Assembly (NCBI GenBank): GCA_905178155.1
Contig: CAJINV010000031.1
Location: forward strand, 62,001 to 126,000
Direction of reading: 5' to 3'
DNA length: 64,000 nucleotides
Source: Amoebophrya sp. A120
Taxonomy: Eukaryota; Protista; Dinoflagellata
In this document: positions 52,401-63,310 of the stretch, one piece after another
How the letters are laid out: every line of letters starts with the position of its first letter
Position numbering within the stretch: the first letter of the stretch is position 1
Program-made: the position numbers and the translations under genes
The notes under the pieces: generated by a model
Told to the model about the DNA's origin: nothing
The model's database searches: none
Seen by the model: only the letters and a program-made list of their open reading frames with translations

Positions 52401-52801
52401 GAAGTAGTAACACGCTTTCCCTTGATGTTTCGGGCCATGATGGAAATACTAGATCCGAACCAGATGTTGAACAAGAAGCAAAAATTACAAGTAGCCCTCG
52501 TCCAGAAGATGAAGATGTCGTGTCCAACATCTCGAGCATTGACTCAACATCATTTTCACCCTTTTATTCGCCGCCGTCACGTCGACCCCGCGATGCGATT
52601 CTAACTGTGCACGACGAGAACACCGGATACAATAGCGAAAGGCGAGTCACAGTTGTAAACGAGACCGCTTCATCGACTGGTCCTAGAAGTACTTGTTTAG
52701 AACAGCCTTGCGGTCATGGAAATAACAGCGAAAGTCGCCGCCCCGCCGCGGATCTGCCCCAGTATGGCGCAGATGGAGCGCTTGCACTCGGCAGCGATTA
52801 G
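40409..52801 (+). CDS. Large membrane-anchored protein: TM + mucin-like stalk + GT1 UDP-glycosyltransferase + ROK/ASKHA-like sugar kinase (link of 40409-42120 to the rest uncertain)
   Basis: TM IYMGLALVLTVVLLACLCGALAG near 43000; GT1 motifs PPHVLF..LARQGVRVTLLAP, DFVISD, LYIAFG, APQLKLF..FYVAHGGVSGLTEAIGLKVPIICVPMLFPDQPAN; then LSLDLGGSGLK, VSARTDSE, YVNVAAGTHL, LVLTGGQ; 12 element introns. Confidence 0.75.
40578..40839. mobile_element. TIR introner element, family A (262 bp)
   Basis: Family A TIRs; TSD tctgg; near-identical to 10886-11147. Confidence 0.95.
41380..41631. mobile_element. TIR introner element, family A (252 bp)
   Basis: Family A TIRs; TSD agcga; near-identical to 49910 and 63311. 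Confidence 0.95.
42566..42886. mobile_element. TIR introner element, family I
   Basis: TATCAAAAGGAAAAATCCCCCCTCCCCATATC...GATATGGGGAGAGGGAATTTTTGCTTACGATA; TSD cacat. Confidence 0.93.
43155..43416. mobile_element. TIR introner element, family A (262 bp, open in the host frame)
   Basis: Family A TIRs; TSD ccccg/ccctg. Confidence 0.92.
45406..45729. mobile_element. TIR introner element, family D-like (diverged)
   Basis: TATCACATGAGGAGAAACGGGGGTCCC...GGGACCACGTTTTTCCGCACGATA; TSD gaccc/aaccc; gives YEDPEQDRV. Confidence 0.85.
46936..47197. mobile_element. TIR introner element, family A (262 bp)
   Basis: Family A TIRs; TSD tcctc. Confidence 0.95.
47651..47965. mobile_element. TIR introner element, family I
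   Basis: TATCAAAATGAAAAATCCCCC...GGGGGATTTTTCCTTTTGATA; TSD cttcc; splits the GT1 signature. Confidence 0.95.
48065..48316. mobile_element. TIR introner element, family A (252 bp)
   Basis: Family A TIRs (right end GATG); TSD ctgtt; gives PMLFPDQ. Confidence 0.93.
49910..50161. mobile_element. TIR introner element, family A (252 bp)
   Basis: Family A TIRs; TSD gccag. Confidence 0.95.
50297..50679. mobile_element. Old, degenerate TIR introner element
   Basis: Ends TATGAAAA...CATTTGATA with weak internal TIR; TSD cgaca/cgatg; removal bypasses a stop and joins in frame to SNYVNVAAGT. Confidence 0.65.
50972..51232. mobile_element. TIR introner element, family A
   Basis: TATGCATTGCAAATATGTC...ACATTTTTGCAGTGGATA; TSD cgaag/cgttg. 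Confidence 0.9.
51754..52016. mobile_element. TIR introner element, family A (263 bp)
   Basis: Family A TIRs; TSD gaccg. Confidence 0.95.
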
Positions 52802-55072
52802 GATGAGGAATGACTGAACATCTACTTCCCAAATTCAAATGATGGAGAGGGCTGCAGCTCTCTACACGCTGCAGTTCTTTGATTTATTCTTTATTGTGAT
52901 TCGCGAATTTTTTGTTGATTTGAAAGCATAAGCACCCGTGGGCTTGGGAGCTCATCTGCAAATTATCCGCTCCCTCGCTTCCTCATACTTTTTTCAAACC
53001 GCAAGGAAATGGGGTGACATCTTGTCAAATGGAGTTTGCGTGCGCGTATGAGCTCTTGATTTTGTCAACGGTTTTCGATTTCTGATTTGTACAGAGTGGC
53101 TGCCTGGATGCTTTGTTGTGTACCGTAGATTTTTGCGAGTAGCGCATAGCTTCCAGAGTCAGCTGCTTTTCATGGACAAAGAAATATTTGCTCAAATGCA
53201 TCTATGGATACATGTACTTACTTGGGACCCACGTGAAACTACACTCGGTCTCGATGTAAGTACAAAGATCATGATAATACGAACTAGCATGTAGGACCGT
53301 AGGCATTTTACGCCTAGCCAGCCGTCAGGACCGTAGCATTTTACGCCGACTGCTTTTACGCCAACGCCCGTGCGATCATCGCGAACGGGTATGATTCTCA
53401 ACAGCACGACACAAGGTCATGCGAAGCAAAAACATACTCATTTCGCAGAGCCTTTCTCAAGCGGCGCATTTGTCAAAGCAAAGGATATGCAATCTGTTTT
53501 TTCATCTACAAGTTAAAGAGAATAAGAAACACAACTCAACAAAGCTATTACTTACTTCACGAGATAATTTGTGGCCCAGATGTTGCATCTGATGATCTCA
53601 TTTTTTTTTTTTGCACTACGGAACGAACTGATAATGCATCATGGTGACTGCTAGCTGTAGGGTTTTACGCCAGCAGGCACCAGCACGTTTTTTTTTCTTT
53701 ATCCAGTTTCTAGCTGTAGTTTTTTTTTGTAAAATGTATGGGAATCATGCTAGACCGACGGATCAAGACCACAAGGCATAGGCAGGAAGATAAATTTATG
53801 AACTCTAGCATAATTATGCGCAAAACTACTGTTTCCGAATTCAAACATGCTTGCGGCATGATTTTGATTTCTCACAGAAGACGTAATTGATGACTTCGCT
53901 TTCTCTTCACAGAATAGATGACGTTTCACAGCGGGATCGAGAACAACATGGTGCCGTTTTTTGAGAATGGAAGAACGCCACTCAGCTGTGTTTGCAGAGC
54001 ACACTTCTGTGTTCCTTCGGAGTCAGATCTGACCAGTCGCAATACATTCTTTCTATTCCTTGAATGATCTACAACTTGATCTTTGGCGTCTCTAACACGT
54101 GCGAAGAACAGAGATCCTTTGCAGCTCGAAGGTCTGATGCGCTGTTTGTTCTTGTGCTTGCGACGTTGATGACGACGAGATCTTGCTTGTGTTTCCTCCG
54201 TCACGGATCCCATTTCTGAAGTGCAGACTGGGAACTACAACCTAACTCCCCGTGTTGCTACAAGAGCAATATAGTGAGCATGCTCATCTTCAAGTCACGC
54301 TGTGCGAAGTAAAACGGTTAAGGTTTGTTGTGAACAAGATCTCTGCTGACGCAAAGTCAAAGTTTCCATTGCAGGCCGGAGCTGTTTTCTACTTATGCTC
54401 CTTTGCAAAAGTAAGGTCGGATCAATTCACTGGACCTAAGTGAGTATTACCTAGTACGGACTTGTTGGACCCCGATTTTCTTTTCGCTTTGGTGTGAATG
54501 AAATTCACAGGCCGCGAATTCGTAAGTTGAATGAGCATAAAGCCGAGTTTTGATTCAGTTGTGTCTTATTTGCGACGATATGGATGTTGTTTTTTCTTCA
54601 GGTAGTTGAGGAGCGGAAATTTGTAGGTTTAGAAGCGGAAGGAACTTCCTCAGTAGACTGATTTGCAAACTACGAAGATCTCCTGGTGGGGGCGACAAAC
54701 ATATGAAGATTAAGAGCGGCAACATTTGAACGAGCATGTAAACAGCCGCAAAGTATTAACGATGAAAGAAAGAAAACAAATACCCACTCATGTTAAATAC
54801 CCACTCATGTTAAAGTCAATGTGTAAAAACAAAAAGTACGAGATCTTCTTCTGGCGACATAAATAAAATTGTGCTAATACGACACACGAAAAAATCTTCT
54901 TTCACACGACACACTCACGACAAATAAAATTCCTGCACGCTCTCACGACGAGGATGGATGAGTTGTTCAGTGTGGGAGGACTTTGGAACATCACAATACC
55001 CACTGTGATTTTTTGTTGATGCGAGAAGTGTACTAAGGCCAGGTAGCTGCTCTTCGCACGAAAAAAGTCGGA

Positions 55073-58000
55073 ATGCGGGGCTCCCGCGGACAACAAGAGA
55101 GCGCAGGCGGCGAAACGCCGGGTGGAAGCGCCGGGAACGATGCAGACCCTTCTCTCGGCGGAAGATCTTCAGGTTTACTTCAGAATGAAGATCCGAATGA
55201 ACAAGATGAGAAGATCTTGTGGTCGGAGGCGGACATTTCTTACATGGAGCAGTGGCTCAACGACGCGGAGAAGAGGCAGCTCCGGAAGAAGATACATGTG
55301 ATTAAGGAGTGCAAGGGAAAGTGTCGCACCTTGCAAACTATCCAATGCATCAAATAGGTCTGGGTTCTGGAAGACGAGTGCGAGATCTGTCATGCAGCTT
55401 TTGCTTGACCAAAGTCCGATCGGGCATGCAAACTCTAGCATCACAGATTTTGTTGAGCAGGTACTTACCCCACTGCCTAATCCGCATGACAAATCCACTG
55501 TTTCGGTAAAATAAGAACTGGGGCCTTTTGCTAGCCATGCATGACAGATTTTGTCATGGTGTAGACTTCTGCAAATCGCAAATCTGAATTTTTCCAGAAC
55601 TAGACACATTATATATTTGCAATGCATACAACCCATGGTAGACACTCAGGGGAAAGGAGAGCCCCTGGTGGAAGAGACGGGTCAAGGCTTGGAATATGTG
55701 ACGCGGCGACGGCAGATTCTGGAGTACTGTGAGGAGCAAAATACGGGGGTCCGTAACTTGAAGGGCGCTGCAGCATCGAGACAAGCGGAAGCGCGGAGAG
55801 AAGAGGAACGGCAACAGCAACGGAGGAAAGGCGCGCTGCCGGTGCAGCACCGCGGAGACGGACCACCCGGACCGCAAGTAGAAAGGCCGTTACTCCAAAC
55901 TTATTCACCGCAAAAGTATAATAAATCGTGTAGTCTACTTACTACTCGTATATGAAAAGATTCTTGCTGAAGTAGATGTCTTGCATGACATTACCATTAG
56001 ATCTAGCAAATCTTATCGGAATTATCCGCATGACAAATTTTCACCGCTGTTCGTGAGAAAATTTATCATGCAAAATAAATGTGTACGACTACGTCTACAA
56101 CGCTTTTGCACCAATGCATAAAACTTTACTTGAGGAACAATATCAAGAAGCTCCAGCGATCGACGAGAGTCGGCACGCTGCGACACGGGTAGAAGTACCG
56201 GCGAAAATGAATCCCACTGGTGCCGTCCAGGTGTTGGACTTCGGCTGCAAGGAGCCGTCTGCGTCGAGTGCCACTGCTTCGGGTTGTAACATCTTCCAGC
56301 AGCAACCTTCCAGCAGTAGTTCTCGACCACCAGTAGCTTGTTCGTCTGTGACAGCACTAAAACCCGGTGGGGGACCACTCGGGAAACCAGAACAGTTGTT
56401 GATGTCGCGGCCCATACAATGTACCAGTGATGAAGTAGTGTTTTCAAAATCAAAATTTGGAGAGCGAGATGCTTGCTTTCGTTTTCTAGCGGAATGTTTT
56501 ATTTCTGACCCATTCAATTGCATACAAATGGCATATGTTTTCGTTTTCTTCGCATGGATGTCGGTTTTTCAAATAAACGTCGTCGGCGCTACTTTTCAGG
56601 TTCCGACGAATTTACTCAAGATTTACTCGACCGAATTTGTGCCGATCATCGCGATTGTTCCAAAGAAGTCCGTCTGGGGCTGTGGAACAAAAACCCGACT
56701 CCACCGAGGCCAACGGGTCAGGACACGACTGCACTTCTTGTTCCCGAAACGATGAACAACAGGGCAACACTTCGAAACCCCGCTGGGCAAGAACATCCAC
56801 TTGCACAGAACGCTGAAAATAAGGTCGTGCAGCACGACGACGACCACGTTGATAGCGAGAGTGTCTACTTCGAGCGGCCGCCCGATAATTGGAGGTCGAG
56901 GTCTGGGTCTTGGATGCCGGACGAGGAGGTCAACTCTGCTTCACCAAAGAACGAAATCTACGTTGGCCCAGATCTACTTGCTTCTAGCAGTAGTGGCAGC
57001 TGCAAGAACATGTTGCCGAGTGGACAAAAGTCCCCTTCTGCTTTTGAGGGCCTAGGCGCACGACCCGAGTTGGGCGACGGGGAGGACAGCAGCAGTATTT
57101 TGGAAGAAGAGGAAGATGTGTGCGCTGTGGCGCGGAACCCCCTCTGCCATCTGCTAGCGGACGATGAAAGCAGTTGGAGAGAAGTGCTACCAAACTGCAT
57201 CAACCGTCGTGCCAGGAATTGGCTCGGTAAAATTTATTTGTGTCGAGGATCTTCACTTTTGAATGATGATGTTCGTCCGCCTGCGCACTGTATGTTATGA
57301 CTGAGGTTGAGTCATTTGAGTCGTGAAAATGTAGTGGCATATGAAATTTAGAGGACAATTTTACTTATTTTGGTTGGAACAATGGAAGAACAAGCAAGTG
57401 CCTACCAATTTTGCCGACTGCCTAGCGTGGCACGCTCGCAGACCATAACTGTTGGTGCACGACGATTTCTCGAGAAGCTACTGCAACCTGCAGCGGGAAC
57501 GCCTCGACCAATCGGACGTCGACGCTTACACCAACCGCATTGCGCTCATCCTGCGCGTGACCGGGCACATCGACGCAGGTGGTGGTATCATCGGCCCGGC
57601 CGAGGGGGCCCAGACCACCCGGAATGCAGCACGGAACTTTTTGGCGTACTCGGTGCCTCTCAACACCAGGGCCGACGACCTGCCATCACTTGCAGGAGCT
57701 TCAGCACAAGGAACTTCATCTTGTGATGTGCCTTTGGCTTTACCGCCGCCGAGCACAGATTTGACTGATACGCTACGCGATTTCTTATCAACGAGTTTGC
57801 AATTTTCATCCGATAAAAGTTCTCTGGCGGAGGAAGTTGACGTTGAGGACTCAATTTCTGCTGAAGGATCATATGCATTGCAAATATGTCCTCTGGGTTG
57901 TCTCCTGCTGGTGCTGGAAGACTGCGAGATTTGTTTGTCATGCTAGTCTGACATGCCGCTGCAATTTGTATTGCATGGCCACCAGCAGTCTCTCTTGCCT

Positions 58001-59564
58001 GTCATGCAAGAACGCAGTTTCTCATGCGAAATTCGTAGCGCAGCAGCACGACGAAACTTGTCATGCCTGGCGGCGCATTGCAGTGCATTTATGTTTCACA
58101 GACTTTCATCACAAGTTGAAGTTGAAGTTTGAGTTTCCAGCAGACGCAGACATATTTGCAACGCATAAAAGAAGTAGTTCATCTTTCGGGTCTTTCGCCC
58201 CGGACCACGCACTGCTTGTGTACATTCCGCAAGCGGAACTGAGTCGCGCTTCGGAACAGGCGTTACCACTGAAGAAGCCGAACTTCGAACATTCCGCATT
58301 TGCGATCCTGAATGAAGTTACGAAGCAGGTAGAAGAATAAATACATAGCAGACGTCTCTAGTACTTCTCTATCTCTTTATGTTTGCAAGAAGAATTGCAT
58401 ACTTGCAGCCCGAAAATTATCAATCTCCGAAAATTCTAGAAAAAAAGCTTTCAAATTCAACTTCGACTACATCGGAGATCGATTGCCGAAATCGAATGAC
58501 AATAATAAAACTCTACCGTAGTTGCAGACCGCAGATATTGGGACGACGAACAAGGACTTGAAGCAGAAAACCACCAACGGCGGCGTAGGTCTGCTGTGCC
58601 TCCTGGCCCACTCCGCGCAGGAGGAACGGCACTGCTTGGAGCTGAAAATCCGGCCACGCGAGGCGACGCTGCAATCGTGGCTAGACGGCAAGCCGGATGC
58701 TCGGCGTGACGAAATGTTGTCGAGGACCACCTGCGCAAAACTCGCTGGTGCAACCAAAACCGAGACCTTCTTCCTGAAGCAGCAGATTGAGGCAAAAACA
58801 ATCGTCGAGACCCGAGCGCGCGGGTTGGGAGATGTCCTGTCTTGGTGTGGGCAGGACAAGAACTTCGGCGACCACTACGAAATGAGCTTGGTGGCAAATG
58901 CGTTACCACCAGCAGAGGCAACCACGAGTGGACCACCGGTGGACTTGCTCGACTTAGAGCCCCTTTCTGCTCCCGGATTCTTTCTCATTGCGTTCACGCA
59001 AGTTTCGACCCAAAACGGTCGCTCCGAGGTCCTTCGTGATTTCCATCTCCCGCCCGCATGCAGGTACATAGTTCTTAATCGGACTTTGTGTTTGTCGAAC
59101 TGTTCTACACGAACAAATTGAAGATGAAATGCTGAAAAATTGAAATGGTGCAGCTTCCCGATGTAGTTTTGCAGAAATAACCAGTTGTTGAAACCCAGAG
59201 CTGCTGCAACTTTATCATTTCTTCTTGCACGACGACCTGGCGTCGCAGTTTTTGTTGTCGCAAAATGTGTTTAAATTTCTTCACCAGATCGCTGTACCTC
59301 TACCGGTGGGCAGAAAAGCGTGTGGCGTGGGGAAAGTGCGATGGCGCGGCGTGCTCGTTGCAACGGCAGAACCTGGGGTGTAACGTTATTACCGTCAAAG
59401 AGGACCGGACGGAAATGGGTCGGGATGGCAAAACGCGTACCGTCGAGAAGCAGTTCTGCAGCTTCTGTCGTGGCGAAAACCTGCATTTACCGAAAAAGGC
59501 GATCATTCGCTCCGGTTACAAACTGGATCTCGGCTTCGGATTGTACTACGGAGTTTATCGTTGA
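55073..59564 (+). CDS. Hypothetical multi-exon protein (could be more than one gene)
   Basis: Chain of + strand GC-richer ORFs (55073, 55551, 56081, 56518, 57452, 58522, 59265); two junctions restored by element removal; no family recognised. Confidence 0.5.
55339..55628. mobile_element. TIR introner element, family A (diverged)
   Basis: TATCCAATGCATCAAATAGGTCTGGG...ATATTTGCAATGCATA; TSD caaac/caacc. Confidence 0.88.
57872..58167. mobile_element. TIR introner element, family A (diverged, TSD eroded)
   Basis: TATGCATTGCAAATATGTC...GACATATTTGCAACGCATA; flanks gatca/aaaga; removing element + 5 nt keeps the frame. Confidence 0.85.
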
Positions 59565-59721
59565 TATTGTGTGCAATTTTATCTAAACATCACATATCGA
59601 ATTCGAGTTTGTGTTCTTGTTTCATGTTTCGGCGCGTGCCTCGCGAAGGATATTTGCACGATCAATCGTAAGCAGATGACTTTTTGATGTCACTATCGAA
59701 TAATGTCAAAACAGGACTCCG

Positions 59722-62700
59722 TTGACGAGCGCAACGGCGCCTAGCAGCAGAGCCCGGGGTCACCAAGTAGGGCCCGGAGCACAACCGTCGTCCTCGTCGG
59801 CTGCACCGCCGGCGGTGCAGTATCCGGATTTCATCACCTATGGTGCCACTGGCAGTCCGCTCTCGGAGGCAGCTCTCGACGACGGGGGCCACGGTAGTGG
59901 TAGGAGTCCACCTCCCAGCGGGTTGAAGGTCAGGTGGGGCCCTGGATCTACTTCGAACAACAAGGGCGTCGTCCACATCACGGCGGTATCAAGGGCAAAA
60001 ATGTCTGGGTCTGGAAGAGTTGGAACTTGTGATGCAAACTCTGGAACACACAAAAATTTGTGTTGCATGAGCGCCAAAAGCTGTCCATTTCTTGGTACGC
60101 AAGTAGAAAGTTTCTCATGCGGGACAGGCGTCACGAGGCGTGCTCAAAACCTGTGATGCTTTTGCCTGCACCAGACGCCATTTGCGCGATCCGAAATATG
60201 CATGACAAATCTAGAAATCTTCCAGACCGAGACACTTTTGCATTGGATAGGCGGCCTCTTGTGATGTGTCCAGGGAGAACGTGGAGGACGTGCTGCAACA
60301 CGTTGAGACCCAGTTGCGGTATGAACTGCAAATATGTCTGGGTCTGGAAGAATGCAAACTTGTCATGCTCGGCCGACAATGCACAAGAGTCTGTCATGCT
60401 TGTTGTGCTACAGTGCCACTTCTTTGCCATGCAAAAAGGCAATTTGGCACGCGATTAACGCTAGACGTAGCCAACCAGAAACTTGTCATGCGCGGCTCCG
60501 CAATACAGTTTGCGTATCATTCGGACATCAGCATGACAAGTTTCCAGACCCAGACATATTTGCAATGCATATGTGGTCGATCGGAGCGATTCTCCCGGGA
60601 GGTGAGGAAGCTTCATCCACCGGGGATCAAACTACAAGTGCCTGGCAACCTGCGACGACGAGAAACTTCGAGGTGGTGGATTTCGATTTCTCAAACAACC
60701 GACAACTTGATTGCTACTGCACCCGGATGCTCACGAATTGGCTTCAGTACCACGAGCTCATGCCGCGCTCTTTGAAGCTGTTCAAGTGCAGTCTGGGAAA
60801 CCGGGGCGCCAATGTGATTGCCTCGTACTTAATTTTATACTTACTAGATAAACTACTTACAACCAAATAATAGATCTCGTACTTCCACCTTTACTGCTGC
60901 TTCAGTTCCTCGGTTGTTTCCGTCGGCAGTGATAGCAGTCTTTATTCCGTTTGATTGATGTTTCTTCGAACAATTTCTTCTACTTCCAAACTGAAACTAT
61001 TGCTCGTCCGCTATTTTTCTCCACATAAGATAATTCAAAATCAAATTCTGTCATTGCGAAAAATTTTTGTCCAGGTTTTTACGGAATTTCAAACGGTTTT
61101 TACTGGGCGCGCGGATGGACGCAGGTGACACGTACCCATGGGTGATGGAGGAACTGCACTTGTCCGATAACTACATCGAAAACGCGGGCATTGCGCCACT
61201 CATCAAGTTTCTCAGCGACGAGACCACCGAGAAATTGTTACGACAGTGCACTATTCCCCCTCACCCTCATTTGTCATGCAAAATCCCAACTTTACCTTCG
61301 GCCTGTTAGCACTTTTTGCATGACAGACTCCACAAGCCACAACAGCCCTGCAATCCTCTTGGAATTTGTCATGCAAAAGCTGCATCTTTGCCAGCGCTTG
61401 TGTTGCTGTTCATGCAACACGAATGAGGGGGAGGGGGAGTTGTGCACTCTCATAATTGTACCCGCGCGTGTACGAGCCGTCGGTTGGCGACAGAAAACAA
61501 ATGATTGCGGAGCTTCAGGACAGAGGTACTTGCTTTATAAAGTAAGTTGTAAACTTCAACTTCTCGCCCTGCGATACTAAATTGATGACTAACTAAACAA
61601 AAGTCTACATTATACCACGCGTCCGCTCAACATTCTCTTCTCGTCAGGCCTTCCTTTTTTTTGCCTCCCTCCTCGCTACGAAGAAGACGCGAAAAACGCG
61701 ACGTGCATAGAAATTTCAGCAATAAATTCAGTAGACATTCATTCTTGGCTGGTGCCCAATTTGATGCGGATGTGAAGAAGTAGACCCTTTGTTTTGTTGT
61801 AATTACTTCTCAACACGCAAGGCTTGTCCAGAGTAAATTCCAAGCTCCGAGGCACAACTTGAAATGCTTCACCGTAAGTACGACAAACTACCAGGTTACG
61901 ATAGCGAGGAGCACAGATTCACCTACGGGATGCGCATTATCAAAATGTTGAAAAAATCCTCCCTCCCCGTACTCAAACTCAAAATGGAATACTGGTGTGC
62001 GCACATTGTGCGTCAGAAGCTCACCCATTTTGAATACTACCGGGAGGGTGGATTTTTCTTTACGATACACTTTTGCCGCCCGCTTATCAAATGCAAGCAT
62101 GTTGTCTTGTTTCGATCTGGGTCTAAACTTGTGAGAATGCTTGCTTGCAACTGCAGTTTCGTGATGCTTTCATCGAGTGTACCTAAGCTTGACTTGTCTT
62201 GTGTGTAGCTTGCGGCATTTTTATTGGATGGCAAAATACGTCGCGCTCGCGCTTTGTTTGCGAGTCATAGTACATAACAGGTTCTCGTTCATGAATGCCA
62301 GACACACAATACAAGAGCATTTTTTATTGTTCCCGACCAAGACTACATATTTGCGATGCATACCGCTGTGGGTTCGCCTCGATCGCAACCTTTTGGACGT
62401 GCCGAAGTTGGTGCTTGTCGAGGGTATGTCGGTGTGTGATCTGCAAAAACACAGGTGGAGCCAGCTGCGCGGTAAAAAGTTCCGTTTCCTGGCCATTGCC
62501 CTATCCCGTGCAGAAAGAAACATCTCGTCCACGACGACTCAAGAGTCAAGCTGCGAATGCTGCAACATCGAACTGCGAAGAAATATAGTTATGCCGAAGT
62601 TTTGGAAGTCACGCATGACAAGATCTCATCTGTAGTGTAGCACATGCGCGCAAAAACAGCTTGAAGAAAATCTTCATGACAACTCTGGGGTGTCTGTGGG

Positions 62701-63307
62701 CACCAGCTCCGGTTTTTTTTTACACAGGATACGCGGGGGAGAAAAATTACCAGACGTACCCGGTTTTCCGGGACGAGTGTGCCGCAGAATTGTACCCAGC
62801 GGCCCACTTCAGCCATATCTATAAGCAATGGGCACGCACGGCGACGAGAGGCCAGTACAAGCAGACCAACCAGTCTCCCTTCGAAAACGACGACTCTGGG
62901 TGGAATTCCTACGGGTACGGGGGCTCCAGCTGGGATATCAGAATGAAAAATCCCCCCTCCCCATATCAAAACTGAAATATGTGATGCAGATTTGTGGTCA
63001 CAAATCAGCTTTGTCATGCTAGAAGGCAAAAGATGCGGACTGTACTGCTGCCTAGCGTGGGAAAGCCTTGCAGCTCCAGGATGACAGGAGGCAACTGGAA
63101 GTGGGAAACAGCATGACAGATTACCTGCAATCTAGGCCGCAGATTCGTCTCTTGGCCTTCTCGCAATACAAGTCGATTTGTGTACTCAAATACAGCATCA
63201 CAAATTTGCGCATCTTCCGTTTCCGATATGGGGAGGGGGGATTTTTCCTTTTGATATGGGAGAAAAAGTCAGGAGGTAGTCCGTCCCCGAAATGGTGGAA
63301 GAAATAA
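59722..63307 (+). CDS. RNI-like leucine-rich-repeat protein (start uncertain)
   Basis: VVDFDFSNNRQL, PRSLKLFKCSLGNRGA, MEELHLSDNYIENAG, EKLYPR, PLWVRLDRNLLD after removing 7 elements; stop TAA at 63305-63307. Confidence 0.7.
59987..60249. mobile_element. TIR introner element, family A (263 bp)
   Basis: Family A TIRs; TSD ggcgg. Confidence 0.95.
60320..60571. mobile_element. TIR introner element, family A (252 bp)
   Basis: Family A TIRs; TSD tgcgg/tgtgg. Confidence 0.95.
61239..61454. mobile_element. TIR introner element, family F
   Basis: TACGACAGTGCACTATTCCCCCTC...GAGGGGGAGTTGTGCACTCTCATA; TSD attgt. Confidence 0.92.
61938..62067. mobile_element. TIR introner element, family I-like, short (130 bp)
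   Basis: TATCAAAATGTTGAAAAAATCCTCCCTCCC...GGGAGGGTGGATTTTTCTTTACGATA; TSD cgcat/cactt. Confidence 0.8.
62085..62362. mobile_element. TIR introner element, degenerate family A
   Basis: TATCAAATGCAAGCATGT...ACATATTTGCGATGCATA; TSD ccgct. Confidence 0.88.
62502..62731. mobile_element. TIR introner element, family D-like (diverged)
   Basis: TATCCCGTGCAGAAA...TTTTTACACAGGATA; flanks tgccc/cgcgg; removing element + 5 nt keeps the frame. Confidence 0.75.
62936..63256. mobile_element. TIR introner element, family I
   Basis: Family I TIRs; TSD tggga; closely similar to 47651-47965. Confidence 0.95.
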
Positions 63308-63310
63308 GAC

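Noticed and set aside
54778-54813. 17-bp tandem duplication AAATACCCACTCATGTT
   Set aside because: Simple slippage-type duplication with no sign of function.
55915-56085. AT-rich stretch with two GCATGACA boxes, perhaps an old element
   Set aside because: Ends and TSD could not be placed with confidence.
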